A stretch of 64,000 nt of DNA from Peribolospora baueri (GCA_029717555.1 JAMDHS010000067.1:1-64000); one strand, 5' to 3'; numbered from the stretch's first letter, positions 49,905 to 63,090 are shown. The notes: generated by a model from the sequence alone, not told the origin. Numbers and translations are program-made.

Positions 49905-52900
49905 TCAAATGACGTATCTGAAGCCGGACCATCTGGGAACAAACGCGGGTACAAGTTGGTAGGCGGGAAGAGAGAAAGAGAGGGAGGGAGGGAGAGACGT
50001 CGATCAGTTTTTCGTCCCGTTCGTCGAGCGGTCCGAACAAACGGAACCCAGCCAAACAGAACGGCGGGTTAAGAACTTACAGGTCGCCCTTAACCGCCCT
50101 AGCCTCTTGGGCGCTCGCAAACGTGCCTCCGGTCCAGGGGATGCGACGGAGCATGCCTTTGGCGTGCATCGTGCTGTTGGCGGCGAGGGTGGGGTCGATG
50201 ATTTCGTCGCGTTCGCCGCGTTCGCGTTTCTTGTTCTAGGGCGATAGGAGGGGGGGAGGGAAGGGTGGGCGTGTGAGCGACAAAGGCCACGTTCGTCCCA
50301 CGGCGCTGCGTCGGATCGGATGGATTCCGACGTACCTCGCTATCGAGACCCCACATGTAAACGAGGGTGGAGATGATGCCGATGCCAATGTACATGAGCA
50401 CGAGACCGTGGCCGAGACGGTAGCGCGGGGAGTCTTTGGTCATGTAAACGTTGGACGAGACGGCACCGTTGATGTTGCCAAAGCCGATGAAAATGGCCAT
50501 GACGACGCTTCGCTGTGTGGTGTTGAAGAATGGAGAGACGCGGAGGGCAAGGAAGGAGGCAGGAAGAAGCAATGGGCGGGCGGGAAACTTGAGCGCCCTC
50601 CGCTCAGGTGCCTCGCCAGAGCGAGTCACGACACGACGTCCAAGCATCTCACCTTGTAAGAGCCCTCGGTGTTGTTACCAACCCAAGCGACGGTGTTGGC
50701 GATGAGCGGGTAGATGCCGGCGGATGCGAGGTAGATAGCAAAATAGGAGACGGCACTGGGAACGAGAATTCGGTAAGGCTAGATGGACAGCAGGACCTGA
50801 AAGACGAAAAACTCACTTGTTGGTCGTAGTGATGAGGATGATGTAACCAGCCACACCGATACACATGAAGATGAGGTTGTACAGGCCTCGCTTGCCCGTC
50901 CTGTCCGCGAGCACGCCGACGATGCCTAGGGAAAGGAGCGTCAAAGTGAGTGAGTAGACAAGGGAGAGAGAACGGACTGAGGGGCCGGAAAGATGGAGCG
51001 GAGCCACGCCGTCACTCACAAGTGACGATACACGCGAAAACGTAAATCGGCACCGAAAGCAGGTTCGCCGCCGTGCTCTGATATCCGAGAGCCTTGATGA
51101 TGGTGGGCGTGAAGAGGGAAAAGGCGTACAAGGGCATGTCGCTCCTGCTCGTCCGTCCATGGGAGCAGAAGGGGACGGGAACGCAAGAAAGCATAAATGG
51201 AACAGCGTGAGCAGTACGGTCACGACGGCCGGTTGTCTCGGCGGACTGCACACCAAAGGCGCCATCTAATCTCCCCGCGTCGCCCGTTCTCACGAGACCA
51301 CGACGCTCACCCGACGTAAACCAGACTAGCGATCCAGGTCTTCCAATCCCACATGGCGTCCCACATCGCCTGCCACCGGAAGTGCTCCCCTCCTGCGCTG
51401 AACTGCTGATCCTTCTGCAGCCTCCTCACCACCGCCGCGCGCTCCTTTTCAGTAAGGAACGTGGCGGTGTCGGGGAAGTCTACGAGGACAAAGTAGGAGA
51501 GTCCGCCGAGCACTACGGTTAGGAGACCTTCGAGTATGAAAATCTGTTGCGAGGGAGATGTGGAAGGAAAATGTGGCCGGGCGAGCAGCGTAAGGTGGGA
51601 CTGGCAGACAAAATAGGATGTCCAAACGACCCAGGGGGAACTGCGAGGGCAGCCATTTGAGGGCGACGGCGAAGAGATGAAGACCGAGAAAAAAAAGGCC
51701 AGGCGGACTCACCCACGACCAACCAGCCTTCCCGCCGATGCCGTCCATGTTGTGAATAGCGGCGGCGAGGAGACCGCCGAAAGCGCCCTGTAGCGGCGAG
51801 GAAGCAAATGCCCAAGTTGGTCAGTAGCTGCGTCCCCCGCCGTCTGACACGCGCGTCCCACGCGTGCGGTCCGCTCCTTCCCGAGGCTGACGCACCGAGA
51901 CGGTAGCGGCGCTAAAGAAGAGAGCACTGCGGAGGCCAAACTCGCTGCGCCTGTACCAGCTAGAGAGGAGGAACTGAGCGCCGGGGAAGAGGCCAGCTTC
52001 GAATACGCCAAGGAAGAAGCGGGCCGCCACGAGGCCTGTTTCGTTGGTTGGGAAATGAGTGGGAACAGAAAGGAAGAGGCGAAAAAAGAGCATGGCATGA
52101 AAGAACATAATGAGATGTTGGCCCGGAAGAGACGACAAAACGAGACGAGGAGCTGACCTGAGTAGTTGTGCACGAGACCTTGAGAGAGCATGGCGATGCC
52201 CCAAAGCACCCTAAAGGGAAGGAAGAAGGACGAGGGGTGGATAATTGAAAATGATGAGAACTAAGTAAGCGAGTGACTATCTACCGGCGCGAACTATGCC
52301 CTCTGTCCTCGCTACCAGCTCACATGATCAGAGGAAACCAAATGGTCGGCCTCATCGACTTGAGCAAGACGTTGGAGGGCACCTCGAAGAGGGCGTAGGG
52401 GAAGAAGAAGGTGGTGAGCGCCCAGTTGTACTGGCTTCCGGTGATGTTGATGTCCTTCTCCAGGCCGTAGAGCCGGGCGTTGCCGCTGTGGATCCCGGAT
52501 GTAGAATAGGAGAATCGAAACAGAGGAGAGGAACTCTTCAGACGGGTCGAGTCAAAGGCGCATCTGGGAAGGTAGCGCGAGGCGCGAGAAGGAAGGGCAA
52601 AAACTCACATGGCGGTGCGGTCCAAGAAGCTGGTCCGGAGCGAGAAAAGAAGAGTACACGTCAGGTCGACGCCTTCGCGAACATCGATGCGCATGGCCAA
52701 GCTCACCTGAGCAAATAAAGCAAGGAGAGGATGGGCACAAGGCGGAGGTCGATCTTGCGCACCAGGCGCCTCTCTTGTTCGCTAGGCAATCGAACGGATG
52801 GCGAAGGCGATGCGATGTCAGCGCAAGCGTACTCCCTTCCTCTCGCACACACGCCCCAGCCCGGCGGACGACGAAGAAGGGCATGGCGACACCTGCCACG

Positions 52901-53111
52901 GGGACACTCACGGCGTGAGCTCGTCCACGTCGTCGGCAGCGGCCTCGGCACCAACCTCGGTCTTGACGGGCTCGACGCCATCCTCACCGGGAGATGCGGA
53001 GCGCTGATCGGCGGCGCGCTCGTGATGGCCGACCGCCGAGGCGGAGGCGGAGGCGGAGAGGGGCGGTTTCTTGTCGTCCGCGGGGGAGACGGGATCGAGG
53101 GGTGCGGTCAT
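49905..53111 (-). CDS. MFS transporter, anion:cation symporter (Tna1/Dal5-like) family
   Basis: RLVRKIDLRLVP, SFLDRT, FEVPSNVLLK, RFFLGVFEAGLFPG, SWYRRSEFGLR, FIFEGL, KDSPRYRLGHG, FRYVI*. Confidence 0.93.
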
Positions 53112-53787
53112 GGCGAATTGGGGGGATGGTGGTGGAGGAAGACGAGGAGGAGGGAGTGGCTGAGGAGGGTCCCCAAATTGGAGCGAGCTTTGCCGGTCCG
53201 ATAGATGGACGACGGACGACCGGCCGGACGACCGAAGCTTGGACGACCGAAGCTTGGACGAGTTGTGGCAGTCGGTCGGCGTCGGCGTCTCGGCCCGCCT
53301 TCAGCCATTTGACGTGCAGCCACCAGCCACGGATGCTTCTCGTCCGGGCGGGGCACGCGCGGGGCACCACCGTTCAACCGGGGCGGGATTGACGGAGAGC
53401 ACGATGGCGCTGGAGATAATGGAGATAAGAGGACGACCCGCTCCTTCGGGGCTCGCTTCCGGAGACACACACCCAAACGCAGACGGATCAGACACGGTGC
53501 ACGCCCTCGCCATGTATGCACATCTCCAGTGCTGGGGAAGATACGACGCTGACGGTGAGCAGATAAATGGATAGATGGATCATCTGTATGGATCATCTGC
53601 GTGGGAGGAAAGCTCGGATAGGGCTGCAACGGTTCCCGTCTCTTCGGTGCATGTTAGCCAGATAGATAGACAGACAGATGGATGAACGGTGTCCGCGATT
53701 CACCACCTCCCTCTCCACCGTCCCTCCACCCTCCTTCTTCCTCCTCGACCATTCGTCCGTCCACGCGGCGGCATCGTCACGCACGCT

Positions 53788-56700
53788 TCACCAGCCTGCC
53801 GCGCCGCGTGCAGACTTGGACTCGGCCAACGCCTTCAGCTCGGCCGCCTCGCCGGATTGAGCGACCTGGACGAATAGCAAGCCGTCGTCAGTCAGTCGCC
53901 GCAAACGCAAGACGAGGCATGGACGGAGGGGGCACGCGCGGATACGCACCAGCGACTTGAACAGCCCCGCCTCCTTGCTGAGCAGAGCGAGCGGCGTGTC
54001 GAATTCCTGCGTGTGTGTGTCAGAAGAACATGAACGTGATGAGCGTCACCCCGAAGAGGAAGAAAAGGAGATGAGCAACGGGCTGGTCGCCGCTCACCGC
54101 GATCTTGCCGGCGGAGAGGACGAGAATCTTGTCGTAGTCCATGATCGTCCGCAAGCGATGCGCTACCGTGAAGAGCGTCTGGTCGGCGCCAAACTCGTGA
54201 CGAATAGCAGCCTGGATCTGCGCGTCCGTCTCGTGATCGACAGAGGCCGTGGCTGCGGGAAGACGTGGTTAGACCTGAGGCAACCCCTTACAGCTTCCAA
54301 ACCGCCATTCTCCTCCCCAGCTCCGCATGCTCACCCTCGTCGAGAATAATCAGTTTGGAAGATCGAACGAGCGCGCGAGCCAGAGCGATAAGCTGACGTT
54401 CGCCTTGGGAAAAGTTGGAGCCGCCGGTGGACACGACGGTGTCCAGCGTGATGGCGCTTCGGCCGCCGCCACCGGATGTCGCCGTCGCCGGAGTGGCGCT
54501 GCCCGACGCCTCCGCCTCCGCCGAAGACCGAGGGCCGAGGCCGACGGACTGGAGCGCCCGGTTGAACTGCAGGTCAGGCACCTCATCGAACGGCGCGAGA
54601 TTGTCGCGAACCGTCCCGGAGAACAAAGTAGGATCTTGCGGAATGATGGTGATCGACCTTCGCAAGTTGTCGAGGTTCACCTTGGACACGTCCATCGAGT
54701 CCAGCCACACCTCACCCTCCGTGGGGATCATTCGCAGCAGGGCGAGCGCTAGAGTGCTCTTCCCGGACCCCGTCCTGCCCACGATGCCCACCTTTTCGCC
54801 GGCCTTGACGGAGAATGATAGATCCTTCAGCACCGTCGGGCCGTCCTTGGAGTAGCGCGCGCTCAAGTTTTCCACAGTGACCGCTCCCGACATCGGCCAG
54901 GCCGCGGGCGGGACGCCGGCATTGGTCGGCTCGGGCTCGTGAGGGATGACAAGGTACTGATGGATGCGCTCTAGAGAGTTTGCCTGGACTTCCCACTCGT
55001 TCATCATCCTAATCAGGTACAGCAACATTTCCGCAAACCCAATGGCGAGGGTGAGCGTGAAGCCGATCTGCGACGACGTCATGTTGGACCCCAGCGCGGC
55101 CGCCGCCGCCAGTGATCCGAACACTGCGCCGAGCGCGTTGACACGGATGGAAACCCAGCGATTGAGCTGGTAGGAAGTGTGTGAGGACCTGGAAAGGCCG
55201 TCCACTTTGACTTGGACCTCCTTGAAGAACATGTCCTGGACGCCGAAAGCACGAATGGTGGAGATGCCGTTGACGGAGATCGACGCTCCGAAATGACTAA
55301 AGAGGGGTGAACGGGCGTTGGACATTGTCCGTTTGACTGTCAGCATGGCCCGGATGTAGAGCTGCGTGAGGTATGTGGCCAAGATCGTGATGGCTATTCC
55401 CGGAATGATGATGACCGGCAAGTTCAGGAGCACCGTTACGAGCTTGAAGACCATCGAAGCCATGTCGATGGCAAGCATCCGCGTAAGGGAGACGATCGGT
55501 CCGTCATAGGCCCGTATGTCCTGCGAGAATCGGCTGATCATCCTTCCCAAAGGTGTGCGGTCGAGCCATTCGAGCGTGCACAAAAACACAGAGTTGGCCA
55601 GCGATGCGTGCACACTACGGCAGGCGCGGATGGCGGCGACAAAGAAGATGACGTTGAAAAGGGAGGTGAGGATGAGCTCGGCGCTGAGAAGGGAGAGGTA
55701 GCCGCCGATATAGCTAATTCAGACAAATGAAAAGGACGGTTAATCGAGTCATCTTTAGCCAGCGAAGGCCACCGTGCTCGGCAATGGAGACGCACCGAGC
55801 AGCATCAACCTCCCCCGGAAGCTCATACTGATGGGCCCAATGGCCAAGCCACCAAAGCGTGAGCAAACCAAATCCTTCGCTCAAACAGATAATCACGATC
55901 AGGAGCGCCCAGAAGCCGGCGTTTCCGATGGAGCCGAAGAGAACCTTTGCAGCGGGCCATGTGAGGCGCCCAATGGCCTTCTCTTCCTGTCATGGAGGCC
56001 GAAGATGAACCCGCAGGAATAAGGTCAGACTCTGTCGCAAATGATGAGCTGCCACCTCGAACACTGACCTCAATGACGAGCTTTCCGTCTTCTTTCCTGT
56101 TCTTGTCGTCGTCAGCGCTCTCCACAGCTTCGTCTTTCTCGAATTCAGGCTCGACCGACTCATCCACAATCTCCTCCTCTGTACGCGTGAGGATAAGGCC
56201 GGGCTGGGACTTGAGCACCTGATTCAAGCCACCTGCGGCCGCGATCCCGCCGTCCTGATTGAGGACGACGGCGAAAGCAATCGCCGGACGTGCGAGGGCG
56301 ACGTGATGGGTGGCCAAAAAGACTTGAATAGCGTGTATTTCAATCAGAGGCGTCAGCAAAGAGAAGTGTGACAAGGGAGGTAAACCAACAAATGGACTCA
56401 CCAGTACGTCCGTGAAGGAGGTCACCGAGCAAGCAATTCCTCACAACCCAGGATGCGGTGCCGATGTCGAGAGCAGAAAGGACGTCATCGAGGAGGACTA
56501 TCTCAGCCCTCGAGTACACGGCGCGGGCAAGGGCCACGCGAGCCTTCTGGCCTCCGGAAAGGGTGAGTCCTGGAAGCGACCAACGCGACCATCGGATGAG
56601 TGGACGATAAGGACAGTCAACCGCAACCGTACTAAAGCCTCCCACCTCTTTCGCCAACCTCACTGAACGATTGAAAACACGTGGGAAAGAGAACGAAGAG

Positions 56701-59700
56701 TGAGTAAATGCGTGCCTGAAGTGTCGCATGATCAACGGTATCGCCACCCACGTTAGGTCGCCAGCGGAGAAGAGAGAGAGGTCTCGTTCGAGGCACTGTA
56801 TGAAAGAGGTATGGCGTGAGCGCCAGCGCGGCGGAAAACATCCCAGCCAAACTCACGCATTGGAAGATGACCTTCTTGTACCTCTCCTCTTCATACTCAG
56901 CTCCGAACAAGATGTTATCCTACAAGGAACAATCTCTGTCAGCCGGGGCTGTCGAAATGTTGCGCAAGCGAAACAGCCGTGAACGGTCAACAAGCTTTGA
57001 AGCTCAAGACGCACCCGAATCGTCTGGTTCTGCAGCCACGGCTCCTGACTGCAGAAGGCCACGCCACCGTTGCGCGGCAGGTTGCAGTGCGACTCAGGAG
57101 AGGGGCCGACGAAGTGCATCTCGCCGAGCAGAGCCGCGAGTGAGCTAGGAGGATGAATGGCGGGAGGGACGCGTTGTTCGTTAGAGCAAGAATAAAACAG
57201 GCCATTTCCGAAATGACCGCCCGAGCGCTTACCTCGATTTTCCACTGCCGGTGGGACCGCAAATCAAGTTTACCTGTGCCGAAGGAAGCGCTCAGACCCA
57301 GCGTGCCATCGAATCTAAAGGACGCAACGCAACGCACCTTTCCCTTGACAAATTCGACGTCGAGATGGAGGGTGAAGTCGCGTTGGCCCCTTTGCCCTGG
57401 CGCCGCGATGGCCTTGGTCCACCTGAATGAACAATTTCTGAACCCGATCCAGTCTTCCTCCTGCTGAGGCTCCGGAGGCGTGACCTCTGTCCACGCATCG
57501 ACGAGGGGAGTGGTTCTGAGAAAGTCGTCGACGCGCTGCAGGGAGATTTTGGCCTGCGGAGACGATGTCAGAGACAGGCGTAAGCACGACGTGATCAGCC
57601 AGACGTCCCCACACAAAGCCGTCTCCAAGCCAAAGGCGGAAAGCACAAGAGCGGGCATCTTATGCGCCGTACCTGCACGGCCCTCTGAATCATGAAGAAC
57701 GTCATCGACAGCTGACTCCTCAGTCCACCGAAGAGGGCGATAGAGGTGAACACGATCGATGCCGTAAGAGGGCGCCGAAGGACGAGTGCGTGAGCGACCC
57801 AGGCGGCTACCAAGGACATGTAGGGCAAAAGCCAGCTACGGTCGGGAAGCAGTGGGAGAGGAGAAAGAGGAGGAGAAGGTTGAGACGGGGCGGTCAACCG
57901 AGAGTGCGAGTAGACGAGGAGGCTGGCGGTCGACGCTCACTTGATCACAAAGTCGGCCACTTGGAGCCAGTTGCGCTTGGCGACCCACTTGAGCTCGGCC
58001 TCTCTCTGGTTTGCAATTTTTTCCTTGGTCTTTTCCTCCCAGCCGAACCTGGGAGAGACAGTGCGAACGGAGTGCAGCGTGAAGTGAGCTAACGACGACG
58101 GACTCGAGGTCCAAGGTCGAAAGACGTTGTCTCCGGAGCAGCCACGCACATCTTTGTGACCCGAAGCGCGTTTAGGGCTGACGAGGAACGAAAATAAAAT
58201 GAGTCGAAAAGACGTCAGGGTTTCCCGCGCTCAGACGGCTCGTCGTCTAGCGGTGCTTTTCAGCCGGTCGGAGAACGGATACCTTCGGTAGCTGTCTCGA
58301 GCCGGTGATCGCTCTTCGATCGAACGACATGCAAATGACGGTAACTGATTGTCAGTTCCGACTGCACCTTCGTAACCAAATTCAGAGAGACGGGCCAATC
58401 GCCACGACTACTCACCGCCTTCATCAAAGCCTTCTGCACCGGGTCGAACCTTACGGCCAAGAAAGAGATTTGAAACAGGGGGAGGCAAGCGCATACATTC
58501 AGTCAACTCGCCTTCCCCCCACCCATACGAACCCACGAGACTCACCTGGCGTTCACCAAAGTGGGGATGGGCAGGGTAATGATCATGACCGCGAGGCCGG
58601 CGAAGGCGCTCGTACCGAGGAGGTAGTGGAGGAAATAGATCGACATGGCGAGCTAGGAGAGATCCGTGGAGAGAAAGGACGAGACGTCTGCGTGAGTGCA
58701 AGGTAATCAATTGATCCGGTTCGAACCGACCGAACTACGACGTCGCTCCTCGCCCACCTGCATCGGAGCTTGGAGGGCAACCATTAAGAAGTCTCTTCCT
58801 TCGATGATGGTCTCAATGTCGGACGAGATGAGATTGTTGATCTTGCCCGTAAGGGCTGCCTTAGGACCATCCTTGCCCTCCTGTCTCTCCTTTTTCTTCT
58901 CGTTCGCACCTCCCTTGCCCTGATCGCCCTCCGAAGTCTCTTGGACAGGACTCGCGGCGTACGCCGAGGAAGTATCGCCATCAACTGCGACTTCGGCGGC
59001 CTCGACGGGGTCGACATTGGGCGCCTCGAGCGTAGCAGTGGAGGGGGGCGGGGCATCGCCGTCGTTGTCGGACGAGGCCGGAGACTCGTCCCCGGTTTGT
59101 TCGTCAGTGAGTCGGATGCGGAGCGAGTGCTTGAAGATGACCTGAGTCAGGATCGTCTGGACGCGGACGAGCAGGCGCGTCGTAACGAAAATGTAGGCCT
59201 GTGTGGAGAAGAGCGGTCGTGGCGAAGACGGCGCGGAGAATACTCAGCCTAAGAGATTCAGGGGGATATAGCGGTTGAAAAGCGGCAGTCTAACAAAGAG
59301 CTTTCCGTGCACCCACGTGGAAGAAGAAAGAGGAGGCCATGGGCCCAACGCCAAGGCCGACGACCCAAACCCACGGCTTGAAAATGGCGTCCTTTCCGTC
59401 CGTCTCAACGTAGCTGTTTTCCAGACGAACCGAGGATGATCAGATAATGTAAAGAGAACGAGCAGAGGTGAGAAGCGGAGCCGACATGGTCGCGCGAGCC
59501 AAGCAATACAGTGAAAGCGGCGCGAACGCACCTCAACAAATGGTTCATGCAGAATGGGGAGCAGAATTCGGCGATCGTGCGAAAGACGAGGACGGTGGCG
59601 AGGAAAAGGTAGTCCTTCCAAAATAGCCTGGCGAAGCCAATGAAGACGTGCTTGCCCGGCTTCTTCTTTTGCTTTCCCTTTTGGCCCTTCTTGGACTTGG

Positions 59701-60933
59701 CTTCGGCCGTTGCGAGGTGGCCGCCGTTCGAGTCGCCATTCGCCGTATGCACTCCGTCCACAGCCTCTTTCTGACCGCCCACGGGTCCGTGAAAATACGG
59801 ATCGAGCAACGGCAGTGCCTTGTCGGCCATCCAAGCCGCCCTGTTGTAATCTGCCAACGGAGGGAGCTCGTCTTCGGATACGGCGTCCACCTGAGAGGCA
59901 CGTCGGATGAGCGGCCACAACCAGGTCCAGGTGATGAAGCTGATCGATGAGCACGTTTGCTCTGGGTGCGGGCTGAGTTCGGGCATGTAGTCGTTGGGAC
60001 TCCGGACGGGTGTCCAAACGCGCGGGGTGATGAGGGGTATGAACGCACCGGCGAAGAAGACGAGGGAGAGGCGGAGGATGGAAACGGCGTAGAGGAGGCC
60101 GGGTTGGAGAGTGAAGAGAGGAGGATTTCGGTAGACGTAGGTGCACAAAGGGAGGATGTCTGTGAGCACGTAGATACTCATGGGTACGAAGAGAAGGACC
60201 ATTACCACCCTGCCCAGCGACCTGCGCGTCGAAACGCGCTTGGAGAAGGTCAGGATACAAGAGAAAGTGCTGAGGTAGGCGTAGAAGATGAGGTTGCCCA
60301 GCTCAAGGCACTCCTCAGAGCGCAGCTCGTGGCGAAGCTTCTCGAGGTCCTTCTTCTTCCGAAATCGCCTCTCCCATTCCTTCAAGAACCTTGCGCCGCC
60401 TTTCCCGTCGGCTTCGCCGTTCGAAACGATGAGCATGACGAGAGTGACGAGGGTGAGGACGGTGAGAACGAGAAGGGTAACAAAGCGAAGAAGGTTTAGA
60501 GAGAAGACGATCTTGCCATCGCTCTGCTCGACATAGCTGCCATCCTGTCGACCATGCGCGGCAGCTTGATCGGCGGATGGAGACGGCTTAACGGCTCCTC
60601 CTCCTTCCTCGTCCGGGTCGACGGCAAGGGCAGACTGGTACTGAGCCTGTTTACGAGCAAAGGCGCTGCGGAGCGCCAACTTTACCGTACGGGCGGCCTT
60701 CGTGACCGGGCGAGCGTGGACGATGAGGTGAAGGAGGAGCAAGAGGGCGGAGGCGGCGGCGGCGGCGGCGGGTAAGGCGCGCACCCAGGTTGGCGCGAAG
60801 GGACTACGGGGAGTGAAGAGAGAAGAAGCGCCAGGGACGGGTGAGCATTTCTTGTCTTGCCATCGACGTCGCCTTCGTTTCGAAAGACGTCAGTCATGAG
60901 ACAGCCGTCCGCCAGCCACGATGGGGTCTCCAT
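53788..60933 (-). CDS. Full-length ABCC/MRP-type ABC transporter (Ybt1-like); 5' end approximate
   Basis: Two NBDs ([16 protein letters not shown]...[33 protein letters not shown]), [22 protein letters not shown]-terminal TM helices. Confidence 0.93.
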
Positions 60934-61918
60934 GAGCACGAGCTGAGCGGAGCCCGACTGGCAGGTTTGCTTGCTTCTCCTTGCCCGTGCTTTGGTGGTC
61001 GCTTGGCTCGCCTGCACATGTGCGCCGTTTATCCTCCTTCCTTCATCGATCTGGTTGCGACCCCACTCACTTTTCTGGCTGCGCCCGCATCGCGTGCCAA
61101 GGCGAGGCCGCTCGCGCGACGAGGGAGGAGAGGGAACGGTGGTGGAAGCGTAGCGACGGCGCTTCGGCCTTTGTCGGCGGTTGGCTCTTCCGGCCCTAAT
61201 CGGCGACGGAACGTAAGAAGGGAGGGAGGGAGGGAGAGGGGGCGGCGAGCGGGCGCGGCAGTTATACTTACTGCCAGTCCTTATCTATTCCGTCCGTCGG
61301 TGGAGCGATAAGGTGTCGAAGGCAAGTCCGATCGATCTCTTACCTGTTTCGTGTTCTTTGAACGGTCTTCCGTTAGTTGCGTTGGACCGTCTCGTGTGCC
61401 CCGGACGGCTTCCCACCCTTTGACTATCGCCCGCTCTTCCGAGCTCAACTCATCTCTGTCGCCAGCCGAGCGACATCAGCACCCGTCCGCGACCAAGCCT
61501 GCCCGGCCGACGCCTCGATCCGTGGTCACATGGGTGGGCGTGGGCGAAGAGTGCTCGGCATGGCCAGGCTGTGCTATCCAGGTGGAGCGAGCGGCGTTGG
61601 TGTCATCGGTCAGCACGACGGCATCCGGCGTCTCACTCTCCGCCTTTTCTTGCAGCCAACACAACACAACACAACACACACACACAGCTGCCTCCGTCGC
61701 GAGCTGCCTTGCATTGGCAGCTCAATTCTGCTCTCGCCCCCTTCTCTACAGAACCTCTAGATCGAAAAGGCTTCTGCAAAACGTTCGGTCTTCTTTTCAG
61801 AAGCAGTCGACAGGCATTTTTCACAGCCACGCTCCACCGCCTTGCTCCTTCCCACTGCTTTCTGCGCCTGTACATCTGTATCTGTGCGCACGCGCCAATG
61901 ACCTCTGACGATTCCGTT

Positions 61919-62295
61919 CGCCGGTCTGGACCTCGTCGACGATCATGAACACGCCGTGCTTCTCGGTGATCTTGCGAAGACCTTGGAAGAAGTGGGAAGA
62001 GGCGTGGTTGTCGCCGCCTTCGGACTGGACGGGCTCGACGATGAGTGCAGCGACTGGGCGGGTTTTCTTGCTGTCGTGGACGAGGAGACGAGGGGGGGAG
62101 CGGTCAGCAAGTCACAGCCAGGCGGAGGCGGGCTCTCCCCTCGTCCTGCCGCCATTGCACACGCACGAGTTGACGATCGTCTACTCCACGACGGCCAGGG
62201 CGTCGTCCTCGGCCTTTCGGTTCTCCCTCTCATGCTGCTCGAAGGGGTATTTGACGGCCGGCCAGGGCACCGCGGGCCAAGGCATGGCGGGGATG
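61919..62295 (-). pseudogene. GABA-T/UGA1-like fragment, proximal part
   Basis: IPAMPWPAVPWPAVKYPFEQHERENRKAEDDALAVVE* (premature TAG), retained intron, then [45 protein letters not shown]. Confidence 0.9.
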
Positions 62296-62498
62296 CGGGA
62301 GAGCCAGGTGCCTGGAGGTCATCTCGTCTGGGCTAAAGGCGGTGGAGCCACCGGAGCGCTCGCGGGCTCGGTAAGCCATAAAAAAAATATAAATGAAAAA
62401 TGAAAACTAAAAATAAATAAGCCTCGCCCACAGGAGGGCCGTCAGAGAAGCCCACAGGAAGAAAGGTGATAATATGTGAAGGAAAAAGAAAAAGAGGG

Positions 62499-62535
62499 AA
62501 CTGCAGCATGCTTTCAAGGTCCTATGGCCGCAGAT
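62499..62535 (-). rRNA. Internally deleted 5S rRNA pseudogene (37 nt)
   Basis: Minus strand reads ATCTGCGGCCATAGGACCTTGAAAGCA (basidiomycete 5S 5' end) fused to TGCTGCAGTT (5S 3' end), followed by T-runs. Confidence 0.75.
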
Positions 62536-62806
62536 GAGGAATAGAGTGAGACCGAGGTAGACATGCGTCTCATCCTGGGCGCTCCTCTGCCCTTTTCTGA
62601 CTTTGAGCGCTATCTCACAGGAACACATTTTTTACTTTTTATTTTTATTTCTCGTCATACATACAACTCCTTCTCATCAGACCTATCTCACAGGACCACA
62701 TGTTTTTTTATTTTTATTATTTTGTTTTTCTTAGGAGTCCAATACATACAACTCCTTCTCATCAGAGGGGAAAAAGAAAAAAAAGAGAAAAGTTCAACAA
62801 AGTTGA
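62536..62806 (-). repeat. rDNA 3'ETS/IGS1 segment with sub-repeats
   Basis: Lies between the LSU 3' end and 5S. Hairpin GTTCAAC-aaa-GTTGAAC (62792-62808), T-tract, exact 25-bp repeat ATACATACAACTCCTTCTCATCAGA (62657 and 62742), CTATCTCACAGGA x2. Confidence 0.75.
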
Positions 62807-63090
62807 ACAAATCTTTAGAACAAAGGCTTAGCCTCAGCAGATCGTAGCAACAAGGCTACTCTACTGCTTACAGCACCCCGTTCCCATTCAAGTCGTCTGC
62901 AAGAGATTCACCCCCGCCCATATTTCAATTGCAATACGCAGGCAAGCGCCGCAGGCCTTTCCGCCCACGACGCCGTGACCCGCCAGCTATGGTTCACGAG
63001 CCGAAGCTCTATTCGTACGCGACTAACATGTGCGGGACAACGTCGTCGCTTCTAGCACGGATTCTGACTTAGAGGCGTTCAGCCATTATC
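62807..63090 (-). rRNA. 3'-terminal fragment (~284 nt) of 25S/28S LSU rRNA, orphan copy
   Basis: Minus strand GATAATGGCTGAACGCCTCTAAGTCAGAATCC...GACGACTTGAATGGGAACGGGGTGCTGTAAGCAGTAGAGTAGCCTTGTTGCTACGATCTGCTGAGGCTAAGCC...GATTTGT; similarity stops abruptly at 63090. Confidence 0.93.

Noticed and set aside
33221..61918. Starship or Helitron carrying the gene block
   Set aside because: No tyrosine-recombinase captain or RepHel ORF and no diagnostic termini recognised; a 104-bp repeat is much longer than their target duplications.
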